A stretch of DNA of 64,000 bases from an uncultured Gemmatimonadales bacterium (lineage in GTDB: Bacteria > Gemmatimonadota > Gemmatimonadetes > Longimicrobiales > RSA9): assembly GCA_963798085.1 (NCBI GenBank), contig CAWCRS010000003.1:576001-640000 (forward strand). Reading direction: 5' to 3'. The notes beneath the pieces were generated by a model. It did not search any database and was not told the DNA's origin. It worked only from the letters and a program-made list of their open reading frames with translations. Positions within the stretch are counted from its first letter, which is position 1. Each line of letters begins with the position of its first letter. Shown here piece by piece: positions 49,571 through 59,162 of this stretch. The position numbers and the translations under genes are program-made.

Positions 49571-49613
49571 CAAACTCTGTCAACGCGGCAGTGCGCCGCA
49601 TATCTTTGCGCCC

Positions 49614-50610
49614 ATGATTGATGTGGTGGCACTCACGGCCGATCTGCTCGCCATCGATTCGCCGACGGGCGGCGAGGCGAAGATCGTGGATCATCTGTCG
49701 CGTTTTCTGGTGGCCCATGACTGGAACGTGACGGTGCAGGAGGTCACGCCCGGGCGAGGCAACATCTGGGCTTCTCACGGCGGCGGCGGCGTCACGCTGT
49801 CGACGCATCTCGATACCGTGCGGCCGTACTTCGGGCCTCGCCTCGACGACGGCAAGCTCTACGGTCGCGGTGCGTGCGATGCAAAAGGCATCGCCGCCGC
49901 CATGATTGCGGCCGCGCAGAGCCTCGCCGAGGACAGTGAAAGGCGAGTTGACCTGCTGCTTGTGATTGGCGAAGAGGGCGGTTCTGATGGCGCGCGGGCA
50001 GCCAATCAGCTGCCGGCGACGAGCCGGTACCTGATCAACGGCGAGCCCACGCAGAGCCAGCTGGCGACCGGGGCCAAGGGCTCGCTGCGCGTGACCCTGC
50101 GCACGCGCGGTCGTGAGTCGCACTCCGCGTATCCGCACCTGGGCCGTTCGGCGATCGAGCCCATGCTCGAGCTGCTGCCCACGGTGAAGCAACTGCAGCT
50201 GCCGCGCGATGAGCGGCTGGGCGAGCCCACTGTCAACATTGGTGTTATCCGCGGCGGCACCGAAGCCAACGTGATACCGGGCGAGTGCGAGGCGCAGCTG
50301 ATGTTCCGCATTGTCAGCCCGGTCGAGCCGGTGAAGCGCAGGATCGAGGAGTGGGTAGAGGGTCGCGCGGAGATCACGTACGGCTCACACATCCCGGCGC
50401 AGCTCTTTCACACGATCCCCGGATTCGAGACGGCGCCGGTCGCCTACACGACGGACATCCCGCTGCTGGACCGGTGGGGCACGCCGCTGCTGTTCGGGCC
50501 GGGGTCGATTCATGTGGCACACACGCCCGAGGAACACATCGTGGTGAATGAACTGCGCGCCGCGGTTGGCATCGTACGAGCGCATGGTGCGCTCGCTGCT
50601 CTCGCAATGA
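49614..50610 (+). CDS. M20 metallopeptidase, ArgE/DapE-like (probable succinyl-DAP desuccinylase); frameshift near 50567
   Basis: HLDTV, GRGACDAKG, GEE, NGEPT, GPGSIHVAHTPEE. Removing one T gives ...VASYERMVRSLLSQ stop, overlapping the asd ATG. Confidence 0.82.
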
Positions 50611-51683
50611 CGGCCGCCGCCTTCCGCTCGAGTGAGCGCCTGCCCGTCGCCGTGCTGGGTGCGACGGGTGCGGTGGGGCAGACGTTCGTGCGTCTGCTGG
50701 CGGATCATCCGTGGTTCCGGCTCGCGGAAGTCGCCGCATCCGAGCGCTCGGTGGGCCGGCGCTACGGCGAAGTCGTGCACTGGCTCGAGGGGCGGCTGTC
50801 TGCGGAGACGGCCGCGCTCGAGGTCGTGCCCTGCGATCCCGCGACGGTGCGCTCGCGTGTGGTGTTCTCCGCGCTGGATGCGGCAGCCGCGAACACGGTG
50901 GAGCCGGCATTCGCGCGCGCCGGCGGCTTCGTCTTCAGCAACACGAAGAACTTCCGCATGGAGCCGGACGTGCCGCTGGTGATCGCGGAAGTGAATGCGT
51001 CGCATCTCGACGTGCTCGAGACGCAGCGCAAGGCACGGGGCTGGAGCGGCGCCATTGTCACCAATGCGAATTGCGCGGCCATCGCCGCCGCACTGCCGCT
51101 GGCGCCGCTGCACCAGGCGTTCGGCCTGCGCCAGGTTTTCGTAGTGACAATGCAGGCCGTATCGGGCGCGGGCTATCCCGGTGTTGCGTCGCTGGACATC
51201 CTGGGCAACGTGATTCCGTTCATCAGTGAGGAAGACGCCAAGATCGAGCGCGAGCTGCCCAAGATGCTGGGGCGCATGGTGGACGGCGCCATCGAGCCTG
51301 CGAACTTCGTTGTCAGCGCACAGGCCAATCGGGTGCCGGTCGAGCACGGCCACACGGTGTGTCTTTCGGTGGGCCTCGAGACGCGCGCCTCCGCCGAGCA
51401 GTGTCGGGCAGTGCTGGAGCAGTGGTCAGGCGACGAGTGCGCCCGCGGGTTGCCGTCGTCTCCGGAGCGCGTGCTGCTGGTCACGTCCGAGGCGGACCGG
51501 CCGCAGCCGCGTCGCGACGTGCACACGGGCCGCGGCATGACCGTCGTGATCGGGCGCGTGCGCCCCGACCCGCTGCTCGATGTCAGGTTTGTCGCACTCA
51601 GTCACAACACGATCCGTGGAGCGGCGGGCGCATCGCTGCTCAATGCGGAGGTGATGGCGGCGCGCGCCGCCCTGCCGCGATGA
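50607..51683 (+). CDS. asd: Aspartate-semialdehyde dehydrogenase
   Basis: GATGAVGQ, NANC, MQAVSGAG, RVPVEHGH, HNTIRGAAGASLLNAE. Confidence 0.93.
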   Translation: MTAAAFRSSERLPVAVLGATGAVGQTFVRLLADHPWFRLAEVAASERSVGRRYGEVVHWLEGRLSAETAALEVVPCDPATVRSRVVFSALDAAAANTVEPAFARAGGFVFSNTKNFRMEPDVPLVIAEVNASHLDVLETQRKARGWSGAIVTNANCAAIAAALPLAPLHQAFGLRQVFVVTMQAVSGAGYPGVASLDILGNVIPFISEEDAKIERELPKMLGRMVDGAIEPANFVVSAQANRVPVEHGHTVCLSVGLETRASAEQCRAVLEQWSGDECARGLPSSPERVLLVTSEADRPQPRRDVHTGRGMTVVIGRVRPDPLLDVRFVALSHNTIRGAAGASLLNAEVMAARAALPR

Positions 51684-53030
51684 TCGTCGTCAAGTTCGGC
51701 GGCACGTCGGTGGGCGATGCGGAGGCCATCGCGCGTGCCGCCGAGATCGTGCGCAGCCGGCTGGAGCGCCGCCCGCTGGTGGTGGTTTCCGCGCTGGCGG
51801 GCACGACTAACGCGCTACTACAGATCGCGGAGCAGGCCGCCACGGGGCAGCTCATCAGCGCGGCGCGTGCCGTGACAGCGCTGCGCGACCGGCACGTGGG
51901 CGTGGCGGAGGCGCTGCTCGCGGGATGGTCGGAGGGTGCGGACGTGGTGGCCGAGCTGAGCAGCGCGTTCGACGAGCTGGCCAGTCTGGCGGAAGCCCTG
52001 AGCGTGCTGGGCCACCTGACGCCGCGCAGCCATGATGCCATCGCCGCCAAAGGCGAGCTGATTTCGTCGGCGCTGATCGTGGCCGCGTTCCGCGCGAGGG
52101 GTCTGCCCGTGCAGCACGTGGATCCGACGAAGGTCATGGTCACGGATGACCGCTTCGGCCGGGCCGAGCCGCGCACCGACCGTATCGCCGAGGCATCACA
52201 GCGCCTGCTGCGGCCGCTGCTGGACGAGGGCGTAGTGCCTCTGACCGGCGGTTACGTGGGGGCCACGGACACCGGCATCATCACCACGCTGGGTCGCGGC
52301 GGCTCCGACCTTTCTGCTTCGCTGTTCGGTGCCGCGCTGGGCGCTGAATCCATCGAGATCTGGACCGATGTGGACGGCATGCTCACGGCCGACCCGCGCG
52401 TCGTGCCGGGCGCCACGCTCATCGAGCGCATCCGCTTCGATGAGGCCAGTGAGCTGGCGTCCTTCGGCGCCAAGGTGCTGCACCCGAACACCATTGCCCC
52501 GGCCGTGCGCCTGGGCATTCCCGTGTACATTCTACAACTCGCGCAACCCGGAAGGCACGGGCACGCTGATCACGTACGACGCGCCCGTCTGCCCGGTGCG
52601 CGCGATTGCCGGCAAGACCGGTATTACCGTGATCAAGATCCGCTCCGCGCGCATGCTGCTGCAGCACGGCTTCCTGCGCACGATCTTCGAGGTGTTCGAG
52701 CGTCATCGCACATCCGTCGATGTGGTGGCCACCTCCGAGGTCAGCGTGAGCGTTACCGTGGACGATCCCTCGCACCTGGACACGCTGACGGTCGAGCTGT
52801 CGCACCTGGGCGATGTTTCGGTCGAGCGCAGCCGCGGCATCCTGGCGGTCGTGGGTTCGGGCGTGGCACAGGACAGCTCCACCATGGCGCGCGCCCTGGC
52901 CGCGATCGCGCCGGCGCGCGTCCACATGCTGTCGCTCTCCGCGAGCGGCATCAATCTTACCGTGCTGGTGGATGGCGAGCAGGTGCCGCGCGCAATGGCA
53001 GCGCTGCACCGCGAATTCTTCGGGCGCTGA
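51680..53030 (+). CDS. lysC: Aspartate kinase; frameshift near 52531
   Basis: KFGGTSV, TLGRGGSD, WTDVDG, GAKVLHP. ACT domains lie in the 52329..53030 frame. Confidence 0.92.
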
Positions 53031-53056
53031 ACGCGCCGGACAGGAAGGCAGGCCGG

Positions 53057-53758
53057 GTGCGCATCGGCATCATTGGTGACGGCAAAATGGGTCGTGCGAT
53101 CGCGGCGCTGGCCGCCGAGCGCGGCATTGAAGTCGTCGCCCTGCTCGGTCTGGAGAACCAGGGCGGATCCGCCATTGCCGCGGGCGCGCTGCAGGGCGCG
53201 GAAGCGGCCGTCGAATTCACCGAGCCGCACGCCGCCGTGGCCAATGCCATCGCGTGTGCGCATGCCGGCATTCCCGTGGTCATGGGCACCACCGGCTGGT
53301 ACGACCGGCTGGAGGAAGTGAAACAGGCTGTTACCGGCGCAGGCGGTGCGCTGCTCTGGTCGCCCAACTACTCCGTGGGAGTGGCGCTGTTCAACGCGCT
53401 GGTCGAGCGTGCCGGCCAGCTGTTCGCGGACGCGTCGCTCTTCGATGTGCACATCATCGAGACGCACCACGCCGGCAAGAAGGACGCGCCGTCGGGCACG
53501 GCGGCGGCCCTGGCAGGGACATTCGCGGCGGGCAGCGGCCGGCGCCCGCCGATCACGAGCGTGCGCACGGGGCACGTGCCGGGCACGCACGAGCTGTTGC
53601 TGGACGCTTTCTTCGAGCAGGTCCGGCTGGTGCACACGGCGAGGGATCGCCGGGTGTTCGCTGATGGCGCGCTGTTAGCCGCAGCCTGGCTGCGCGGCAG
53701 GCGGGGCGTCTTCACGATGCGCGACGTTCTGGGCCTTGAACCCGAGAGGAACGGATGA
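53057..53758 (+). CDS. dapB: 4-hydroxy-tetrahydrodipicolinate reductase
   Basis: GDGKMG, GTTGW, ETHHAGKKDAPSGTA. Confidence 0.93.
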   Translation: MRIGIIGDGKMGRAIAALAAERGIEVVALLGLENQGGSAIAAGALQGAEAAVEFTEPHAAVANAIACAHAGIPVVMGTTGWYDRLEEVKQAVTGAGGALLWSPNYSVGVALFNALVERAGQLFADASLFDVHIIETHHAGKKDAPSGTAAALAGTFAAGSGRRPPITSVRTGHVPGTHELLLDAFFEQVRLVHTARDRRVFADGALLAAAWLRGRRGVFTMRDVLGLEPERNG

Positions 53759-54648
53759 ACGCCCAACCTCTTTTCGGCTGTGGCACCGCACTGTGCACGC
53801 CGTTTACCCGTGATGGCGAACTCGATGAGGCCGCACTGCGCGCGCTCGTGGAATGGCAGATCGCGGAGGGTGTGCACTTCCTCGTGCCCTGCGGCTCGAC
53901 GGGGGAAGCGCAGACACTGACGCCTGCCGAGCACCGCCGCGTGGTCGAGATCACCGTGCAGACGGCGGAAGGCCGCGTGCCCGTGGTTGCGGGCGCGGGC
54001 TCGAACGACACGCGCAAGGCCATTGAACTGTCGGTCGAGATGGCTTCTGTCGGCGCCACCCATCTGCTGCACGTCTCGCCCATGTACAACAAGCCGCCGC
54101 AGCGCGGGATTGTCGCGCATTTCCGCGCCATCGCGGAATCGGTGGACCTGCCCATCGTGGTCTACAATGTGCCGGGCAGGACGGGCAGCAACATTGAAGC
54201 GCGCACGGCGCTCGAGCTGGCCACGATCCCGGGCGTGGTCGCCATCAAGGAAGCTTCCGGCAATCTTGGCCAGATCGAGCAGATCCTGCGCGAGAGTCCA
54301 CCTGGATTCGGCGTGCTGTCGGGCGATGATTCGCTGACGCTGCCCATCATGGTCATGGGCGGTGGCGGCGTGATCTCGGTGGTCAGCAACGCCACGCCGC
54401 GCGCCATGGCGAAGCTGGTGGAAGCGTGTGCCGCGGGCGATTACGCGACTGCGCGCGCCATGCACGAGCTGCTGGGCCCGTGGATGGCGGCCGCGTTCGT
54501 CGAGTCCAACCCGATCCCCGCCAAAGCCGCACTCGCCATGCTGCGGCGCGCGCAGAACGTGCTGCGGCTGCCGCTCGTGCCGCTCGCTGAGGCGAACATC
54601 GAGATCGTGCGGCGCGCGCTCATCGCCGCGGGAGCACTGGAAGCGTGA
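53755..54648 (+). CDS. dapA: 4-hydroxy-tetrahydrodipicolinate synthase
   Basis: GSTGE, YNVPGRT, IKEASG, SGDD, NPIPAK. Confidence 0.95.
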   Translation: MNAQPLFGCGTALCTPFTRDGELDEAALRALVEWQIAEGVHFLVPCGSTGEAQTLTPAEHRRVVEITVQTAEGRVPVVAGAGSNDTRKAIELSVEMASVGATHLLHVSPMYNKPPQRGIVAHFRAIAESVDLPIVVYNVPGRTGSNIEARTALELATIPGVVAIKEASGNLGQIEQILRESPPGFGVLSGDDSLTLPIMVMGGGGVISVVSNATPRAMAKLVEACAAGDYATARAMHELLGPWMAAAFVESNPIPAKAALAMLRRAQNVLRLPLVPLAEANIEIVRRALIAAGALEA

Positions 54649-55511
54649 TCGCGTTCTCCACGGAATCGCTGGCCGCGCGCGTGCGCGAGCTGGCGGCAAC
54701 GCCGTCCGCTCAGGCACTGCCCGATGATGCCGGCGAAGTGATTCACGCGCTCCTGGGCGCACTCGAGCTGGGCGATGTACGCGCTGCCGAGAAAGGCGCT
54801 GACGGACAGTGGCGCGCGGTGCCGTGGGTCAAGCAGGGCATCCTGCTCGCGTTCCGCGCCGGCCGCATTGTCGAGCACGGACCGGCGGCGGGACCGCTGC
54901 ATTTCTTCGACAAGCACACGCTGCCTGCGCGCATTTTCGCGCCCTCCGACAACGTGCGCATCGTGCCGGGTGGCAGCTCGGTGCGGCGGGGCGCGTACCT
55001 CGCGCCCGGCGTGGTGTGCATGCCGCCCATGTACGTCAACGCGGGCGCCTGGGTCGGGCCGGGCACGATGGTGGATTCGCACGCGCTCGTGGGCTCGTGC
55101 GCGCAGGTGGGCGCCCGCGTGCACCTCAGCGCCGCCGCGCAGATCGGTGGCGTGCTCGAGCCCGTGAACGCTGCACCTGTCGTGATCGAGGACGACGTCA
55201 TTGTGGGCGGCAACTGCGGTGTTTACGAGGGCACGGTCGTGCGCGAGCGCGCCGTGCTGGCGGCGGGTGTGATCCTCACGCGCGGCACCCCCGTGTTCGA
55301 TCTGGTGCGCGAGCAGGTCTATCGCGGTTCCGCCGAACAGCCGCTCGAAATACCGGCAGGAGGGGTCGTGGTGCCGGGCGCGCGCGCCATCACCGCCAAC
55401 CGCTCCGCCTGGGGCGCGGCCGAAGCGCTCTCGCTGCAGACACCCGTGATCGTGAAATACCGCGACGAGCGCACCGATCTCGCCACCGCACTCGAGCAAT
55501 GGCTCCGTTAG
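54645..55511 (+). CDS. dapD: Tetrahydrodipicolinate N-succinyltransferase
   Basis: WVKQGILL, RIVPGG, YVNAGAWV, GSCAQVG, IGGVLEP. Confidence 0.93.
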   Translation: MIAFSTESLAARVRELAATPSAQALPDDAGEVIHALLGALELGDVRAAEKGADGQWRAVPWVKQGILLAFRAGRIVEHGPAAGPLHFFDKHTLPARIFAPSDNVRIVPGGSSVRRGAYLAPGVVCMPPMYVNAGAWVGPGTMVDSHALVGSCAQVGARVHLSAAAQIGGVLEPVNAAPVVIEDDVIVGGNCGVYEGTVVRERAVLAAGVILTRGTPVFDLVREQVYRGSAEQPLEIPAGGVVVPGARAITANRSAWGAAEALSLQTPVIVKYRDERTDLATALEQWLR

Positions 55512-55521
55512 TTCCCGGTTA

Positions 55522-56373
55522 TCAGGGCTGAGGCCCGCGCTCGAGCACGTACGCACTCCAGTCGGCCGCGCGCACGACATCCATTACCACGAAGCCACGT
55601 GCCAGGTAGTGCTCGAACGCGAGTCGCGTGCCGGCGCGCCATTCTGCGGCCGCTTCCGCGTTCTGTTGCTTCAGCTGCTGGATGTCGGTCGGAATCGCAA
55701 TCAGCAGCCGGGGCCCATCCAGGTCGAGCGCGGGTTCCGCGCAGCGGAGTGAGCGGGCCGGATCACGCAGCGGGTTGATGACAGGCGTGTTCGCAACATC
55801 GGACGGTGCTGGCAGCGCGTCGCGGCGGTCCAGGCGACGGGTCACGCGGTCGTCCTCCAGCGGCCATTGCACGATGAGACGGTCCGTGGCCAGGCCGCGG
55901 TGCAGTGCGGAATCGCTCTCCCCGTAGAAGTCGCGGGTGTATTCCCGCGCGATACCGCCGAAGCGAGCGAAGTTGAGCCAGGCATTGCGCGACTCGAGCG
56001 GATCGAATGTCCACTCGGCCAGGGTCACGCCCTGACGCAGGAGGGTCTCGCGCTGGAAGCGCTTGAGCCGCTCGCCAATGCCGGAATCGCGGAGCCCCGG
56101 CCGTACCGCCATCATGTCGGACCAGTGGATCGGCCGGCCGGCGCGCACCCCTGTGAAGCCGAAGACGAAGCCTACCATGCAGTCCGCCGGCTCGAATGCG
56201 GCGGCGAGGAGGCCGCCCACGCGCAGCGCCGAACGCAACAGTGAGGCGGGCGTTTTTTCATTGAAGCCGCGGCCCCACGTGAGTTCCTGCAGCTCGACGC
56301 ACTGTGTCAGCTCCGCGTCCGTCCGGAGCGCGCGAATCTCGATTGCCATTTCATGGTCCGGCTGGACAGGCAT
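55522..56373 (-). CDS. GNAT-family N-acyltransferase (D-amino-acid N-succinyltransferase-like)
   Basis: HWSDMMAV, GIGERLK, WTFDPLESRNAWLN, TDRLIVQW, IAIPTDI. Confidence 0.8.
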   Translation of the reverse strand: MPVQPDHEMAIEIRALRTDAELTQCVELQELTWGRGFNEKTPASLLRSALRVGGLLAAAFEPADCMVGFVFGFTGVRAGRPIHWSDMMAVRPGLRDSGIGERLKRFQRETLLRQGVTLAEWTFDPLESRNAWLNFARFGGIAREYTRDFYGESDSALHRGLATDRLIVQWPLEDDRVTRRLDRRDALPAPSDVANTPVINPLRDPARSLRCAEPALDLDGPRLLIAIPTDIQQLKQQNAEAAAEWRAGTRLAFEHYLARGFVVMDVVRAADWSAYVLERGPQP

Positions 56374-56499
56374 CAGGTGCGCCTTGGGGCGGCAGAGCCC
56401 TGAAGCCAGCGAGCGTAACTACAAGTCCTGCAATCAGTCCAACGTTATCGCCAAGCGGTTCTGGGTCGGCGCTGGCCGGCCGCCGGTGGCCCGGCGCGT

Positions 56500-57672
56500 T
56501 CAGAGCCGGCGCAACAATCCAACCAGGAGCGCAAGTCGGAACGGCAAGTCCGACAATACGATATGCTCGTCGATCGCGTGGGCGCCGCCGCCCCGTGCGC
56601 CGAGGCCGTCGAGCGTGGGCGTGCCCCAGCTGGCGACGAGGGACCCGTCACTCCCCCCGCCCGTGCTGCCTTCACCAAGCTCAACACCAAGTCCGGCAGC
56701 TACCTCACCGGCTTCTTCATAGAGCGCCACGACGCCCGCCGTGCGCACCAGCGGAGGACGCATCTCGTTGCGCACGACTTCCAGGCGGGAACCGGCAAGT
56801 CGTGGTCCGAGGCCAAGAAGCGCGGCATCGAGCCGATCCCCTTCGGCGGGCTCGACAAAACGCGTATCGACCGTCGCCCAGGCGTGCGCGGGCACCACGT
56901 TGCTGGCCGTGCCGCCACCGATCAGACCGACGTTGATGGTGGTGCCGGCATCGTGATCGGCGAGGTCCAGAATGCGCATGATCTGACCCGCGAGCTCGGC
57001 GATGGCGCTGACGGCCTTGTGCGGCTCGACGCCGGCGTGGGCGGCGCGCCCGTGCACGTCGACGCGGTAGGTGCCGACGCCTTTGCGCCGGGTCTTGACC
57101 GAGCCGTCGGCGAGGCAGGGCTCGGGCACGAGCGCCGCGGCGGCGTCTTCGCAGCTTTGGCGGAACAGAGCGCGTGCGCCGTGCGAGCCGATCTCCTCAT
57201 CGCAGGTGAGTATGAGACGCACCGGGCGACGCGGCCGCTGTTCGCGCTCATGGAACCAGGCCAGCGCTTCGACAGCCAGCGCCACGCCCGTCTTCATGTC
57301 GAAGATGCCGGGGCCCTCGGCGCGGTCGCCGTCGATGCGGAACGGCTGGCGCAGCAATGTGCCGATGGGGTGGACGGTATCGAGATGGCCGAGGATGACG
57401 AGCGGGGCCAGCTCCGGTTCCTCGCCTGCGACGGTAGCGCGCAGGTTGCGCCCCAGCCCGGGCACGGCGAACGCTTCAATGCCCGCGCCCAGTGCCCGGA
57501 GCTCGTCTTCGATGCGTAGCGACAGGTCGACGAGCGGCTGCTCGTGACCGCTGGGCGTCTCGGCCTCGACCCACGGCTGCACGCGGCGCAGCACGCGCTG
57601 GATGATGTGCGGGGGCGCGATTCCAAGCGCGCTCTCAATGGCTGCTGCGTTGCCCGTGAGGCTGTGCTCCAT
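56500..57672 (-). CDS. M20 peptidase, carboxypeptidase G2-like
   Basis: GHLDTV, GPGIFDMK, DEEIGS, HAG, GGGSDG, DGLG..GGGAHAIDE. Confidence 0.9.
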   Translation of the reverse strand: MEHSLTGNAAAIESALGIAPPHIIQRVLRRVQPWVEAETPSGHEQPLVDLSLRIEDELRALGAGIEAFAVPGLGRNLRATVAGEEPELAPLVILGHLDTVHPIGTLLRQPFRIDGDRAEGPGIFDMKTGVALAVEALAWFHEREQRPRRPVRLILTCDEEIGSHGARALFRQSCEDAAAALVPEPCLADGSVKTRRKGVGTYRVDVHGRAAHAGVEPHKAVSAIAELAGQIMRILDLADHDAGTTINVGLIGGGTASNVVPAHAWATVDTRFVEPAEGDRLDAALLGLGPRLAGSRLEVVRNEMRPPLVRTAGVVALYEEAGEVAAGLGVELGEGSTGGGSDGSLVASWGTPTLDGLGARGGGAHAIDEHIVLSDLPFRLALLVGLLRRL

Positions 57673-57732
57673 GCGCTTCCCGTTCTGCTGGTGGCAGCTG
57701 TTGGCGTTGGTGGAGCAGGCGACGACGGGTCG

Positions 57733-59157
57733 TCAGCCTGCCGGCAATGGGTGTGCCGCGCTGAACGCGGCGGCGCTGGACGATGGGCTCTGTTCGAGCC
57801 GGCGATAGCTTTCGGCGAGCAGCTCGACGGGGTGCAGCACAGGCGTGGCATCGCCCTTGATGAGCAGGCCGGCGCCAATCTGCATCATGCAGCCCGGGTT
57901 GGGGGTGACCACGGCGTCAGCGTGCGCGCTTAACACGTTGTTCAGCTTGTCGGCGAGAATGCGACCGCCGAGGTCGGGATGGGTGAGGCCGTACGTGCCG
58001 GCGCCGCCGCAGCATTCATCGGCGTGCGGGATGGTTACGACGTCGAGGCCCGGGATGGCGGCCAGCATCTGGTGCGGCGCCCGCTCGATACGCTGTGCGT
58101 GCAGCAGGTGACAGGGGGAATCGAATGCGACGCGCAGCTTCATGCCGCCACCCGTACGCGGGCCGAGCTCGACGAGGAATTCCGCGATATCTCTGACTTT
58201 CGCGGCGAACGCCTTCGCCTTGCGGTGCTCGGGCGTGCCTTCGAACAGCTCGCCGTACTCCTTCATTGCGGCGCCACAGCCGGCCGCATTCACGACGACG
58301 ACTTCGGCGCCTGCGCGCTCGAACGCATCGATGTTGACCTGCGCCAGCGCACGTGCGCCTGCCAGATCGCCGCCGTGCGCATGCAGTGCGCCGCAGCAAC
58401 CCTGTGCAGGGACGGGCACAATGGTACAGCCGTTGGCCTCGAGCACCTGCACGGTTGCCTGGTTCACGCGCGCGAAAAGGCCCGCCTGCACGCACCCGCT
58501 CAGGACTGCGGCGCGGGGCACGGCCGGCGCTGCACGCGGCACTCTGACGTACGATTCGCGCGGTGTGGCGCTCTGCGCACCCGGCACTGCGCTGATGGTG
58601 CTCTCGGCGTCGGGCGCCACAGGCGGGGGCGGCGCCGGTACATCAGTGAGTCGCTTCCACGGGCGGGATGCCGCGAGCATGGCGAGCGCGAAGCGGGTGC
58701 GGTGGAAGCGCGCGGGCAGTGCGCGCGCGAGCAACGCGGCCATGCCGGAACCGCGCAGCAGGCGAGCGAGCGCCATGACAACGCGTGTGCGACCGCGGCG
58801 GCCAAAGGTATCGAGCAGGCGGCGCGTGGTGGCATCCGTGCCGCGATTCCTGGCGACGATGGCGCGGCCGCGCTCGAGGAGGTAACCGTACTGCACGCCC
58901 GATGGGCAGACCGGCTCGCAGGCGCGGCAGCCGAGGCAGCGATCGAGATGGATCTCGAGCGCTTCCGCATCGGCGGGGACGCGACCTTCGGCAACCGCGC
59001 GCATGAGATAGAGTCGGCCGCGGGGCGAATCGGATTCCAGTCCCAGCCGCGTGTAGGTGGGACAGGCGTCGAGACAGAAACCGCAGTGCACGCACGCCAG
59101 CAGTCTCGCCTCTTCCCCGGCGAATTCTTCGAGCGGCGAGTGCGTGATGTCGGGCAT
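57733..59157 (-). CDS. glcF: Glycolate oxidase iron-sulfur subunit
   Basis: CVHCGFCLDACP, CLGCRACEPVCP, two CCG domains. Confidence 0.88.
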   Translation of the reverse strand: MPDITHSPLEEFAGEEARLLACVHCGFCLDACPTYTRLGLESDSPRGRLYLMRAVAEGRVPADAEALEIHLDRCLGCRACEPVCPSGVQYGYLLERGRAIVARNRGTDATTRRLLDTFGRRGRTRVVMALARLLRGSGMAALLARALPARFHRTRFALAMLAASRPWKRLTDVPAPPPPVAPDAESTISAVPGAQSATPRESYVRVPRAAPAVPRAAVLSGCVQAGLFARVNQATVQVLEANGCTIVPVPAQGCCGALHAHGGDLAGARALAQVNIDAFERAGAEVVVVNAAGCGAAMKEYGELFEGTPEHRKAKAFAAKVRDIAEFLVELGPRTGGGMKLRVAFDSPCHLLHAQRIERAPHQMLAAIPGLDVVTIPHADECCGGAGTYGLTHPDLGGRILADKLNNVLSAHADAVVTPNPGCMMQIGAGLLIKGDATPVLHPVELLAESYRRLEQSPSSSAAAFSAAHPLPAG

Positions 59158-59162
59158 GCGGC

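Noticed and set aside
49614..51683. 689 aa M20-Asd fusion in the ORF track
   Set aside because: Removing one T near 50567 gives a normal M20 C-terminus ending in an ATGA overlap with asd. Likely a frameshift artifact.
51359..53758. 799 aa LysC-DapB fusion
   Set aside because: The ACT domains of LysC are in another frame ending at 53030, and the apparent linker is off-frame junk.
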